A stretch of DNA of 63,829 bases, filler included, from Rhabdomonas costata (lineage: Eukaryota), in NCBI GenBank assembly GCA_019059605.1. It is 46 parts of 46 records of this genome, joined end to end, with 100 filler letters (N's around TTAATTAATTAA, not from the genome) between each part and the next. Parts side by side here need not be neighbours in the genome. Positions count along the whole stretch, not along the records: positions 1 to 1,291 come from JAHMHO010020455.1; positions 1,392 to 2,682 come from JAHMHO010020456.1; positions 2,783 to 4,073 come from JAHMHO010020457.1; positions 4,174 to 5,464 come from JAHMHO010020458.1; positions 5,565 to 6,855 come from JAHMHO010020459.1; positions 6,956 to 8,246 come from JAHMHO010020460.1; positions 8,347 to 9,637 come from JAHMHO010020461.1; positions 9,738 to 11,028 come from JAHMHO010020462.1; 38 more parts are not named here. The stretch is one strand, 5' to 3'. The notes under the pieces are model-generated. The model did not search any database. It had not been told where the DNA came from and saw only the letters and a program-made list of their open reading frames with translations. Shown piece by piece: positions 1 to 11,912 of this stretch. A program made the position numbers and the translations under genes. How positions within the stretch are numbered: position 1 is the stretch's first letter; each line of letters starts with the position of its first letter.

Positions 1-483
1 GTGTTGGGTGTGGTTGGTTGTTGTGGGAAAGGTCTCCCACCTTTTTGTTTCTCGGACGGTACTGTAGCCTGTTCGTGAGAGCTCTTTACTTTTCGGACAA
101 CAAAGCAAAGGACTTGATAAAGGGTATTTCTCGGTGTCATATGCGGAAAAGAAAAGCACCTCGGGGAGTTCTTTGTATGCCTGCCCAAGTTCGAGCTTAT
201 TCCGAAAAGTCTGCCATTGCCTTTGCTTTGAACTCTGGCCTTTGGCGGCTGTGCTCCTCACTCCCAGCACAGTGTGAACCATAGACGAAGATTTTTTGCT
301 GTTGGGATGCTGCCAGTGCTTTGGCTGCCAGGAGTGCCACCAGCTCCTTCCTTCTCTCCAAAACCCGAACCGAAGCACCCTGGCCCACTCCGGTCCGCCA
401 ACGTGAAGCACTCCTGGGCTCTTCCCTTACAGTATGCAGGTCTGAAAAGGTCCAGGAAGTGCCCTGCTCCACCCTGCGCGCAG

Positions 484-554
484 GTGCAAGATTGACTGGA
501 AGCCTGAGAAGAATCTCACGGTGATCCTCAAGAAGAAGAAGCAAAAGCAAAAGG
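484..554 (+). CDS. NAP1: Internal exon of nucleosome assembly protein (NAP1 family)
   Basis: cag|G TGC AAG ATT...AAG G|gtgcgc encodes CKIDWKPEKNLTVILKKKKQKQKG, matching the NAP1 motif GCxIDWKxxKNxTxxxxKKKQKxKG. Confidence 0.85.
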
Positions 555-965
555 GTGCGCATGTTGGCGGGGCCAGGGCCTTGGCTTTCCTTTGCATCGT
601 GCACCAGTGTTTCGAGGGGGGGCACCGTGTGCTCCGTTGTCTTCTTCGCATTCCATTCCAGCGCTGCTCCGCTGAACTTTGCAATGGACAGAGAGAGGGG
701 CAGGGAGTCCGTGTGCGACCTTTATCACCCTTCTTATACCCAGCTCTCTGTGTGTGTCTGGGGGGGGGGCATTGCGCGCTGACTGTTGCTTGGCTGAGTG
801 GTTGCTTGGTTGTTGGGTGACCACTGTGGATTGACTGGCGCACGCCCTGTTGGCCTCGGGTGCTCACAAGAGGTGCCGTTGGAGCGAACGGTGCCGTGGG
901 GAACCGGAACCGGCTCACCGCCGAATGTTCCACATCTGGTAACCTCCCCTCAGCCTCACGGTCCC

Positions 966-973
966 TGTGTGTG

Positions 974-1005
<32 letters not shown>

Positions 1006-1014
1006 TGCGTGCGT
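966..1014. repeat. Compound microsatellite (TG)n(CGTG)n
   Basis: Seen directly in sequence. Confidence 0.95.
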
Positions 1015-1019
1015 TGTGC

Positions 1020-1263
1020 CAGATAAGGATTCAAACAGGTCTCGAAGTCCCGTGCCCTGACGACGAGCCCCAATCATGGCGCTCGTCGTCAGGGCACGGG
1101 ACTTCGAGCGCCATGATTGGGGCTCTCCGTGGTATGAAGAAGAGTCGAAGAGACGCCACCGAGTCTCACCACGCTGAGCGAGCGCAGTGGATTGGAGCTT
1201 CCTAGAACCGCGGATTAATGCGTCAGCGAGGTTTCTCAAGAACCTCCGCCCAGCAGCAGAGGA
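1020..1263 (+). repeat. Dispersed repeat family A, copy 1 (probable decayed transposon coding sequence)
   Basis: Aligns by eye with 9814-10050, e.g. gattggggctctccgtggtatgaaga, ttcctaga.ccgcgg.ttaatgc, cctccgcccagc.gcagagg. Confidence 0.85.
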
Positions 1264-1291
1264 GAAGCCCACCATCTCCACCAAAACCCCC

Positions 1292-1391
1292 NNNNNNNNN
1301 NNNNNNNNNNNNNNNNNNNNNNNNNNNNNNNNNNNTTAATTAATTAANNNNNNNNNNNNNNNNNNNNNNNNNNNNNNNNNNNNNNNNNNNN
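1292..1391. other. Artificial contig linker (N44-TTAATTAATTAA-N44); first of 45 identical linkers separating 46 unlinked contigs
   Basis: An identical 100-bp spacer with stops in all six frames recurs about every 1390 bp; contig lengths are nearly identical, as in a size-sorted assembly. Confidence 0.99.
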
Positions 1392-1779
1392 CACTGCGTG
1401 TAGCAGGTCGACTCGAAAGCAAGTTCTAAGCTCGTGGATTTGGTTCTAAATGAAACAAGTCTAGCACCAGACAGAGAGGTTGGGCGAGGTTGGTTGAACC
1501 GCGGGTGCAGCGTGTTTCACTAACACCCTCATAAAATACGGTGAACGTGGTTGACCTTCCGTGTCGGACGGGGGGAGCGGAGGTGGCACATGGGACTCTG
1601 GAAATGTAGTTCAATAAGAACCATAGTCAATGTTTTTGAAGAGTTCGGCGATCTTGCAATCAGGTTTATGGTGCCACAAAACTGATGGATGAACTTAGAG
1701 GATGCAGTAGAGCAGTCATGTTGGGCGAGACTAATCAATTGAACAGGACAGTCACAGATGATGAGACAGCTGTTAGTGA

Positions 1780-2210
1780 AATTATGGCTGCGGATTGGTA
1801 AGCTATCAACTCAGTTGTGCACGTTAAGGAGCCAGTCGAGAGTGAGAAGGCAGGAGTATGTGAACACTACGTTCTTCCTCAGCGACTTGTGCGCAGTTCA
1901 GGAGTTATGAATCATGTTCAGGAGAAAGTTTTGGTTTTTCAATTTTGGCTTGAAAATAGCCCCTTTAAACAGCTGTTGCGGTCAGATGGGGCTCATTTTT
2001 GACTTTTGGGACAGAGATTGAAAGAGAGCGCCGTTAAAAAATGTTGATCTTTGTGGCAAATGACGTGTGTACTACGGAGACTATGTTGAAAAGAGTGCGC
2101 AAATGGGAGATTAGTGTGAAGAAGAGTTTAGCTTGGATTCTAGCATTGGAGCAGTGCGAATCCTATGGGTTATAGAAGATGTATTGAGAGCAGACCATTG
2201 CCTCTTTGTT
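1780..2210 (+). mobile_element. Highly degenerate RNase H-like remnant, possibly from a non-LTR retrotransposon
   Basis: Broken-frame peptides in the expected RNase H order: YGCGL, a decayed AEL-like segment, PLKNVDL, AWIL, RADH; many stops and frameshifts. Confidence 0.35.
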
Positions 2211-4514
2211 CACCTTGCCGTTTGAAAAAATGGCCCATATGAGGACGTATTTTTGGAGAATTTTAAAGAACATACACATCAACACATCAACTCTTGCTTT
2301 TTTGTCAATGGTTGTGTGATAGAAGCAGGTAATATTCCTGTATTCGTCTGCTTCAGACGCTTTGTGAGTTTTGATGTGGTGAATCAGTTATTATTTCAGC
2401 AGTTGCCATTAAAGCAAGTGGCCAAATGTGACTGGTTAACTGTGAGAGATCTTGTGGGGTTTGTTGGTAGGCTTGGGACAATTCATGTCAAGTTGTTTCT
2501 GAGATTACTACAAGCCAGGCAGTCTGACTTGTCCCCCCCTTTTTTTCCGCGCCAGAATTTTTCGGGCAGTTCCTCTCTTAGATTTGATTTGTCAACAGCC
2601 TTAGTGTGCTGGACCCGCCAGCCGCTGTCTGTTTTTCTCATTCAGAGGCCGAGGTCAAGGCCCAAGCGCTCCACACACAACCNNNNNNNNNNNNNNNNNN
2701 NNNNNNNNNNNNNNNNNNNNNNNNNNTTAATTAATTAANNNNNNNNNNNNNNNNNNNNNNNNNNNNNNNNNNNNNNNNNNNNTCTGCCTTTGGAAAAAGA
2801 GGGGGCGCGAGTTGAGGGCTGAAGGAGCGGGTCACCTTCTGTACCATAGCATTTGCTGTTAAACTGACTGAAGAAGGGCAGAGTAACTTTTTTTGGTATG
2901 CTGGTACCCCTTTTGGTGTCTTTTGGTGCTTGCTGGGCGAGCATCTGGGAGACGGACAGAGTTGCCCTGAGGTGCAGCTAGAGAGAAAGAATGTGTGTAT
3001 GTGTGATTGAGTGAGAACCGAACCAGAAAAGCGGGCCAGCTCCTTTCACTGACATCCTGTCCAAAGGTTTACGTTTTGCTGTGCCTTTTTCAGTACTTCA
3101 GTGGCCAACCAGGCAGTATAAGTGTCGCAACCCATTGGTGAGTCTTTGGGCAACCTGGAGGAAAGTTTAATCCAAACCAAAACCTCAAAGGGCAATTCCT
3201 CAGGCAGTCTGACGACACCCTCTCCACCCCACAGCTGTTCACCTGTGGTTTGGACGAGAGCTGCGGCTGTGAACGTGCAATGCAGCGAAGTGTTGTTTTT
3301 ATATTACCGTTATATTACCGTATTTTCGTAACCGCAACTTTAAGGTCCAGCCAGAAAAAACTCTCACTTTTTGCGGTCATGTGGGCAATATAAGGAGGGG
3401 GCAATGGCGGAGGGTGTAGTCTCCTTTGATAAGGAGAAAATGAGATTAAATGGGCTCGCGTGGGCGGTCGCCGCAGCGGCGCATCAGTTCTGTGTCTCCC
3501 GACCGATGCCTGCTGGCTTCCTTCGCCGCTTTTTCTCGACACACCGTGTGAGTTGGAATCCTCCTGCTACTGGATGCCTGTTTGGAGTATGCTCTTTCGC
3601 TGTCCCTCGCCCCCTTTTTTCCAAGAGATCATCACCGAAAGCGTAGAAAAGTGATGTCACAGCACGGGTGAATGAGTTCACATCAAAGAAGAAACAATGT
3701 CGAGCAAACCACCCCACAAGCGAGTTCCTGTGACTCCGGATGAGCCCACAAGAGAGAAAAATGGAGGGGTCCGCAACGAGGGGCGGAGAGGTTCCAGCAG
3801 GACCAGCTCCGGCGAGGATTGCTGTTGTGCACGACGTGTGTCGGACTCTCTAACCTTAGCTGCCCTCTTTTACTCCTCTGCCACAGGTTACGATTTCTCA
3901 CTGGCTCCCACATTGCCTGTCCGCACTAGTCATGGGATGCTCTTTGGGCTGTTGCATCACCCTCCTTCTTCCCTTCCCATTGTCATTGCAACAACAACCT
4001 GCTCGCCGATGATAAAGGCGCCCTGGAAGGGTCCGCACCGAAGCTCTTCTCTTTCAGCCGCTCCCCACACACCNNNNNNNNNNNNNNNNNNNNNNNNNNN
4101 NNNNNNNNNNNNNNNNNTTAATTAATTAANNNNNNNNNNNNNNNNNNNNNNNNNNNNNNNNNNNNNNNNNNNNGGGGGGTTGTGGATCCACGTGAAGTCC
4201 GTCAAGAACTCGTCCGTGGTAGATGGCCTCAATACGACGGAGCATACCTCGTGAGTGTTTTCCAGCTCCTCAAATCTCTGACGAGAGAGCCTTCGACACA
4301 CCATCGCAAACAGGAACCCTGCCGAGTTCTTCCCACTCTTCCGAGCCGCCTTGTGGAGTCCCGGAGTTTTCTCTTCGGGAAATACCGGTTCACTTGGAAA
4401 AATCTTCCAAAGTTTAAAAATGCGTAGTTTGTGCGTTTGGGTGGACTCAGCTCTCCATCCCACTCTCCACTACTTCTTTTGAATATGAGGGTGCCGGGGT
4501 GGCTTTCTTCACAG

Positions 4515-5142
4515 GGCTCACCCTAGCGGCCTGCCCTGGGGAGCAGGTGGTGTTCCGGAACCCCTCCAAGGAGGAGGGATCCTGCGGGCTGCTGGTGAGA
4601 GGCGCGACCAACCTCACCCTCAGAGGGGTCTATGTGGAGGTGTCTTCTTTTTGTATGTGCAGCACGCCCACCATCCATCTTCTCAAAGTTTGGTTCATGT
4701 TTGGGCCCGCTGCAAAGGGCGAGAAGGGAGTGTGTACATGCGGTTTGTGAGGCTCACTGATTTTCTACTCCAACGAAGTGCTTGCTCCAATGAAGTGTTG
4801 AGGTCAGGGCTGCACTTTCTTCTTTGACTCCGCATAAGAAAAACCCCCCATACACACACCACACCACACCACACCGCACCTGCCCACACCGCCCACTCGC
4901 TTGTGTGCACCTCTTACAAAAAAAAACTCCCCTCAGGGGCACACCGCGGTGCGGCTGGTGTCATGCGAGGGGGTCCGGCTGGCGGGGGTCTCCCTCACTG
5001 CGGCCCACGTGGGAGTGTGGGGAGGCCGTGCGGTGGCCTTTGAGCGGCCCAGCCTGCCCTCGGCCGCTGTGCAGTTCACTTCTCTGTCGGGTCGAGCGCT
5101 GCAGCGGCCCCTGCCCGGCCCCTGGTGGGCTCCCATGGCATG
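4515..5142 (+). CDS. Two exons (4515-4639, 4937-5142) of a possible right-handed beta-helix protein
   Basis: AG/GT-flanked and phase-compatible; GLLVRGATNLTLRGVYVE and AVRLVSCEGVRLAGVSL resemble parallel beta-helix coils. Confidence 0.45.
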
Positions 5143-5799
5143 GTACGGCTGCCACACATACAAACACAGCAATGGCGCACGGACGGGCTCACACACACAC
5201 AATTTCGAAGTCATTTTGAGATCGAAACCCTGGGCTCAGGTTGGACTCCCTCTGCATCCGCGGCACCATCGTGCCGTGAGTTGGGGCAACTTCTGTGCAT
5301 TTCTACCCCAACTATCGCAGCACGCAGATGCCAACGCCCACTTCGCTTGCGGGAAAAAGGTCGTCAAACTCTCTGCTGCGCTGGGGAAAGAATCGGCGTA
5401 TGATTTCAAAGAGAAATAAGGAAGACGGCGCCGGCTTTAGGTGAAAGCGCCGGTCACACAAACCNNNNNNNNNNNNNNNNNNNNNNNNNNNNNNNNNNNN
5501 NNNNNNNNTTAATTAATTAANNNNNNNNNNNNNNNNNNNNNNNNNNNNNNNNNNNNNNNNNNNNGTGGGTTGGGGATTGGGCGTATAGTTATTACTCAAG
5601 GATGGAGAGTGGGGGAATTGGGGAACCAGGTGACCGTGGCGGTAGGGGGTGCTCAGCTTTGTGTGGTGTGTTAACTCTCCTTTTTCTTGAACTCAACCTC
5701 ATCTTCAGAAGGCGTGCGGGAGTTCTATAGGGGTATTCTACAGTCGAGTCGCTGCACCCCTTTTGCGGCTGGTCAAGGAGAAACCAGTGCTGTTCGCAC

Positions 5800-5800
<1 letters not shown>

Positions 5801-5830
<30 letters not shown>
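5801..5830. repeat. (TC)15 microsatellite in the intron following the IOR exon
   Basis: Seen directly in sequence. Confidence 0.95.
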
Positions 5831-5833
<3 letters not shown>

Positions 5834-5913
5834 GGAAGCCAATAAATTGCAAACATGCAAACATGCAAACGTACCGGACGACTTCCTTGGGAGGTGTGGG
5901 GTGTGGAAGACAC

Positions 5914-6126
5914 CTGCTGGGTCCCCCAGCACGCCGTCGCCGCCAGCTCCTCGTTGACCGCGGGGTGGAAGGTGACGTGGTGCTCCCGCAGCACGTCCGC
6001 AGCTCCCCACAGCTGGTTGTCGTAGGTCGCCAAAGGGGACCCGCGGTACCCCGTGATGTACCCCGCAGTATTCAAGCCCCGCTGCATATCCATTTGCCGC
6101 TGCACAATCGGAAGCCGCACCAAAAC
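5914..6126 (-). CDS. Exon of indolepyruvate ferredoxin oxidoreductase, bacterial fused single-chain type (N-terminal domain)
   Basis: 213-bp phase-0 exon (cgcag|GTT...CAG|gtgtct) encoding VLVRLPIVQRQMDMQRGLNTAGYITGYRGSPLATYDNQLW...FHPAVNEELAATACWGTQQ; GYRGSPL and NExLAATAxWGxQQ are characteristic of this family. Confidence 0.88.
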
Positions 6127-6650
6127 CTGCGTGGGCACAGACATATCACACTTCGGAGCAGAATCACAGCGAATAGCACACGAAGAAGCAAGAGCAAAAC
6201 GCGTCGGCAGAAAACGTGCAGATTTTCCCGACCCGACTTCCCTTCGAAGCTCGAAATGCTTTTTTACAGAACGAGGGCGCGAGCGCTGAGGGTGCCAGCA
6301 ACAAAACGAGCGACATCCCATGCTCCGGGGAGGGACAGGTCACCTTTCCCGGCTTGGACTCGATGTCTTGAACATGATTTTATGGGTTATTGAGAAAAAA
6401 TCGCTATGTCTTCATTTCGCCAGTGCTGCCACCTAGCTTTGGAGTCGGCGGTCCGTATTACTTCCATTGCGGATAGCCTCCACATACTAACCTACCCCCG
6501 ATACTTCAACTACTTTCCGTAAAAAAAAAAGCGCCTCATATTTTCTGCAGGGCACACGTACGCACGTTTTTCTCGGACTCTAAACCCTACACTCGTGCCT
6601 CGTTTCGTCAGGGGAACGAGAGCGTTTTGGACGCAATGCGAACAATAGAG

Positions 6651-6674
6651 TAGAATAGAATAGAATAGAATAGA
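6651..6674. repeat. (TAGAA)n pentanucleotide microsatellite
   Basis: Seen directly in sequence. Confidence 0.9.
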
Positions 6675-7199
6675 GGGAGTCCGGCTCGTTCGCCAAGTTA
6701 TTGCGGAGCACTTCTACTCAAGCGCAGCACCTGCTGCTGCGCCCCCAATGAATGTTTGCGGTAGCTAAAACATCTGGAACGTGTGCAAGATGCCACTTCG
6801 TGCGCAAACGGAAGCGCCGTCGGCAGCTTTGTTGGGTGGGGATGAAAAACCACCCNNNNNNNNNNNNNNNNNNNNNNNNNNNNNNNNNNNNNNNNNNNNT
6901 TAATTAATTAANNNNNNNNNNNNNNNNNNNNNNNNNNNNNNNNNNNNNNNNNNNNTTGTTTTCGGAGGGAGGCCAGTCTTCTTGTGTTGATATGTGTTGA
7001 TGTGGCTTTTCTCGAGTATCATCAAAGCGGAGAAAAAGTCGGTTAAACCCATAAAAGAAAAAAGAAAAAAAGTGAAAAATGACAAGAGTGTGAACGCGAC
7101 CCTTGCTGGCGTTAATCCCCCCCTGCTGCTTTCCTCAGAGCGGCTGGCTTTCTTCTTTCCTTGGGCTACTTGGGCAACCCGTTGCACGCAAAAAAAACC

Positions 7200-7263
7200 A
7201 TGCGCCTGCTTCTCGCTGTGGTGGTGGTTTTAGCGGCCTTCTGCACGGTGGCTGCGCAAGATG
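7200..7263 (+). CDS. First exon (signal peptide) of a secreted or surface protein
   Basis: ATG after aaaaaaaacc; MRLLLAVVVVLAAFCTVAAQD followed by a phase-1 GT donor; paralogous to 61462-61522. Confidence 0.8.
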
Positions 7264-7916
7264 GTTCGCACTCGAACCCCTCCGCTTCCCCACTCCTTCT
7301 TCCTCGCCATTCTCGTCGTTCGGACACCCCCTTGCACGCGTTTCCCCATTCATCCAGAGGTACCCGGTTGCATGCTCTGATATGTATTCCCCAAGTTGAT
7401 GCCTCCGCTTGTTCCCCACCTTAAGGAGCTGCTGTTGCCACAGAGGGTGGGGCGATGCTAGGATGATCTTCCTTCTGCTCTCTTGGCTCATATTGTCGTT
7501 TCCATTTCACCCCCGCCAGCACGGGCGTGCATACAGATCAGTACCACCACCACCATCAGTACCCCCACCAGCCAGGTCGCTTTCCACTCAACGGCCACGC
7601 TCACAAGCGCGCACGTTTGGTTCTGAATATGCAGGTGGGGCATTGGAATTGGCGGATGGCGCCTTTGTTCGGAGGGCGTTGGATGGGTTTCTGCACGGGG
7701 ACCACTACAGAGCGCTTCTCGCAGGGCCAGCCTTTTTTTGCTTGCAACGAAATTGGAATTTTTTTCTCGCAAGAAGTCCATGCCGGTTTTGCAAAAGTGA
7801 ACTAGAACATCACCCTTCCCTCTTTAAAGCAAGGGAGGGTAGTATGTAGTGCTAATAGCGTATGAAGGTCCCCTGCGGTATGATCTCCCATTTGCGCAAA
7901 AAAAATTTTTTTGCAG

Positions 7917-8225
7917 AAGATTGCCCAGGCGGCGTCTCCTTCGAGGGCAACAAGTTCCAACTCGATACAAATGGACCCTTTTATCCCACGTACAAGTGTC
8001 CAACGAACAATGGGAACATCTTCCTCTTCTACAATTATTATCCAACCAACATTGGTTGGGCCTGCAACTTTGGGTCCTCCGACAGCAGCTCCAGCCTATG
8101 GGACGAAGCCGATGCCGATGGCATATTGGGATCCCGCCCTTGGAAGGTACCAAAGTGGACGAGGGGTTCCGGGAACCCCCTTGGGAAGCCTGGGCTGCAG
8201 GTGCTGAACCCTGTCTGTGGCCCTG
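7917..8225 (+). CDS. Symmetric phase 1-1 exon encoding a Cys/Trp/Tyr-rich extracellular-type module, probably the same gene as 7200-7263
   Basis: tttttgcag|...CCTG|gtacgc; 309 bp open; EDCPGGVSFEGNKFQLDTNGPFYPTYKCPTNNGNIFLFYNYYPTNIGWACNFG...VLNPVCGP. Confidence 0.7.
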
Positions 8226-9813
8226 GTACGCTCCCCCCAACCCCCCNNNNNNNNNNNNNNNNNNNNNNNNNNNNNNNNNNNNNNNNNNNNTTAATTAATT
8301 AANNNNNNNNNNNNNNNNNNNNNNNNNNNNNNNNNNNNNNNNNNNNGGGTTTGTGTGAGTTTTTTTTTGATTCTCTTCGTTCTTCATTTTCTCTCCCTCG
8401 CTTTTCTTCTGCTAAGGACAATGGAAATCACCATCAATGCACTCACGAGTTGGCACTGGGGAGGGAGGGTTCTGGTTGTTGTACAGCCCCTCAGGTACGA
8501 ACCCTTTCTCTCTCACGGCCTCCAATTTCCACGTGAGCTTTCCACATGCCCTCTTTGCTTTCGAATGGGCAAGGGAATTGGTGGAACCTTTCTTATGCGG
8601 ATGAGGCTCGCTCTCGAGCTTTTGAGCTGGAGCGGGCGCAGCGAATTCTGTTGTGCATTCTGTGGGGCCCTTTTCGGGGGCCTGTTTGCTGTTTGCGTCA
8701 GAGTTGCCCGTCCGGTTGGGTGTGGCGGGAAACAGCCTTTCTGTACTATCCTCTAGTGACATGTTGGAGGGAAGCAGTCTTTTGGGCAGACGTTTGTAGC
8801 GATTCTCTCTTTTTTTTTCTTCGGGAAATAGGGGTCTGGGCAATTCGGCTGCGTTCGGGCACCTTAAGTCACCAGGAGTGAGAATGAGTTGCGACTGTAG
8901 TCTAGGATTTTGATATGCTGTTGATGGGCAGCGTCTGTTCCTGTAATGAAACGAAGCATGAATGCACTGTTGGGCTGAGATTGCGAGAAGAATGAGAAAA
9001 TGTCCTTGTGTGTGTGTGCGTGTGTGCGTCCGTGTGTAGACATTGGAGTGGCACTTTCCTGAGATTGAGTCGAAGGTGGGATGTGGTTTGAGAGGTTAGG
9101 ATGGATGGTACCAAACAAACGGAACCCGATTATTCTCCTGGTTGGCCTGCCGAGGAACATGTGCTTGGGCAGCCTTGCCTTTTATTTTCTTCTTTTCACG
9201 CAGTTTGGTCTTCTCCACCTTCTAATTGGCTGTGTCCTGTGCGTATTGTGTAGGAGTACCGTGTAACTTTGTAGAGGTCAGAAAATGGATCCTGAGAAAG
9301 GCGGCGTTCCCCTTCCCAGCTCAGTACCCTCAAATGTCGTGACCCCGGTACCACAGCCTAGTGACACCAGTTCACCGCCGCCAGCCCCAATCACCCCTGC
9401 TGCACCGGCTATCGGGTGTGCTCCTTTGATCCTCTCTCTCTCCGCTTGCCGTCCTTCTTCTGAAATTTCCCCGAGTTGAAAATTATTATCTGGTTTTGTA
9501 AAACTCTTAAACCGTTGGAACAAGAAAATAACATGCGGTTGAGGGGGATATTTATGTTGATGCTAACTCACGTCCGAACCTGGATCCTCAGAGAGGCACT
9601 AAAAGCATCCATATTTTGTTCTTGTCACCCCAACAACNNNNNNNNNNNNNNNNNNNNNNNNNNNNNNNNNNNNNNNNNNNNTTAATTAATTAANNNNNNN
9701 NNNNNNNNNNNNNNNNNNNNNNNNNNNNNNNNNNNNNGGGTTTTTGGATCCTTATCTGCTCTCTACGGCTTTGCGAATCGTGACGAGATCTCGAGATGCA
9801 AAGCCGTAGAGAG

Positions 9814-10050
9814 CAGATAAGGATCCAAAAAGGTGCCCAAGCCCGTGCCCTAGCGAAGAGCGCCACGGACGGCGCCACGATTGGGGCTCTCCGTGGTATG
9901 AAGAGATGACCTGAGGATTCCAGGCAGAAGAAGAGTCGAGGAGAGGCCACTGAGCTCTCAGCAGGCTGGGCGAGCGCAGAGGGTTGTTCCTAGAGCCGCG
10001 GTTTAATGCACTATTGAGCTTTCCCAAGATCCTCCGCCCAGCGGCAGAGG
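9814..10050 (+). repeat. Dispersed repeat family A, copy 2
   Basis: Diverged homolog of 1020-1263; residual peptide FLEPRFNALLSFPKILRPAAE versus FLEPRINASARFLKNLRPAAE. Confidence 0.85.
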
Positions 10051-10257
10051 GGTGATCCGCATCCTGAGAAGCGGCCAGGCAGCGGGTGCAATTGAAATCC
10101 GCTGGAGGGAGGAAGAAAGACTTCTACCAAAACTATGCCTTGTGCGTGTGTTACCTTTCCTTCACAGGACTGTTAGCATATTCACCGCACACACACCCTT
10201 CCTCTTTTTTTCTGGCAGTGCTGTGTGAAATAGTTGGGGAGGGGGTCTCTGGCGCAG

Positions 10258-10407
10258 GCACATGGTGCGGTTGACCGACACCCCGGAGCGGGGCCTGCTG
10301 GAGTCCGGCACGGTGGCGTATCCGTTTGAGAACCGCCACGGGCAGTGGGAGATGCTCGTGCAACTGCTGCAGCCGCAGCCTCAAGAGACCTCCGTGCTGG
10401 ATTTCCG
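10258..10407 (+). CDS. Internal exon, unknown protein
   Basis: GC-rich 150-bp symmetric exon cgcag|...TTCCG|gtgtgt; HMVRLTDTPERGLLESGTVAYPFENRHGQWEMLVQLLQPQPQETSVLDFR. Confidence 0.65.
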
Positions 10408-11442
10408 GTGTGTGTGTGTGTGTGTGTTTAGAAGCGGTTCAGTTACCAGGAACCGTGAAAGGGTTACTGAAGAATGCCGCGTTTGACCTTTCCCAGCCGC
10501 CATCTCGCAAGTTTCGCCACAGAGCGAGACCTGGTCAACCATGCACGACGAAGCAACTTGTGTCTCCAACCAGGCATCTTGTGGCCCCCACAGGGGAAGT
10601 CCTCGTTGGGGTGGGGCCAGTGTTGCCTTCACCCTTTTGCCCTTACGCCCTTACGCCTGAGCGAGACCATCGTGGGAGATGGTGAATATGGATTCAAGCC
10701 AATTTCGGTGCCTGGCGATATCCGTTTCAGTGGTTACCCATACTCCCAACTCGATGTGACTGAGTGAGCGAGTACGTGTGTGTAAAGACAGAGTCCACAA
10801 AATGAGCCGGTTCACAAGGAGTTCACATGTGCTCCTGCATTTGGAGTGGGAGTGGGAGCTGCACGGCAAAGCGAACCACCGTGTGGACCGATAGGTGAGA
10901 CCCGATGAATACATACCCCCATGGATGAACGGGGCCTCGAGTTTCTTCCATTGTGGAGCCAGGTGCCAGAAAGTCCCCAATGAGCTGTCCCTTTGCTGGA
11001 AACCCTTGCTGTTCACCAACAACCCAAANNNNNNNNNNNNNNNNNNNNNNNNNNNNNNNNNNNNNNNNNNNNTTAATTAATTAANNNNNNNNNNNNNNNN
11101 NNNNNNNNNNNNNNNNNNNNNNNNNNNNTCCATAAATGCACTTATGACTTCTCATACCAAGCCAGTGGCGATTGCTCGGAGAAATCACATTCCGCTATGC
11201 GTAAGTGGCCGAGCTACATTATTTTGGGGTGTCGTCAAACGCTTTTGCAATTTGCCGAATGAAAGGGACAGCGTTAAGGGTAGGGGCCGAACCCAGCACC
11301 GCAGCTGGAGTGGGTGATGACACGGGGACCAACAGGATTCGAAGAAAAATTACTGCATAGATTGAGATCGATAAGGGGTAAAAAGTGGGGTTTGCTATTA
11401 TGTCACTTCAGTGGGTTCAAATGGTCAGCACCCAATCCAAAC

Positions 11443-11542
11443 CTGTGATTAGGGTTTGCACAATGGTGTACCCAAACTCGTTCATCTCCGCTTCGAGCTC
11501 GGACTTCAGTGTCTTGGCAATTTCCTCCTTCGCCAGGAAAAG
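11443..11542 (-). CDS. SPFH/band-7 HIR-like protein, exon B
   Basis: ttatag|CTT...ACAG|gtttgg; LFLAKEEIAKTLKSELEAEMNEFGYTIVQTLIT continues the family alignment in phase (KxEIAK...GYxIVQTLI). Confidence 0.88.
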
Positions 11543-11912
11543 CTATAAAAACCAACAGAACAACACTCTGAAATAAGGAAAGCAATCCATCTCACACGCA
11601 GTAAGCGTAACGCCACTCGTCCGTTTCTTGGTTTTTCGCACCTGTGAGAAAAAACGCTTGTAAGGAAAAACACTTCCCAAGAAGCACCTGAAAACGAAGC
11701 ACATTCCAAAGGAGAGCCCGGTCGTTCATGAAAAAGACTGAAATCTGAACTTCCGGAAATTTTACCAAATCACCAGAAACCACTCCCCAACGACGAGGTG
11801 GGGTTTTTGAGGAGGTGGGATGAAGGTTGGGAAATCAGGTTGCGCCCTTTTTTTTCTGCCAAGTGCTTTTCTAGCCTCTCAACTCTACCCAGTTTCCAGC
11901 GCACGGGCATAC

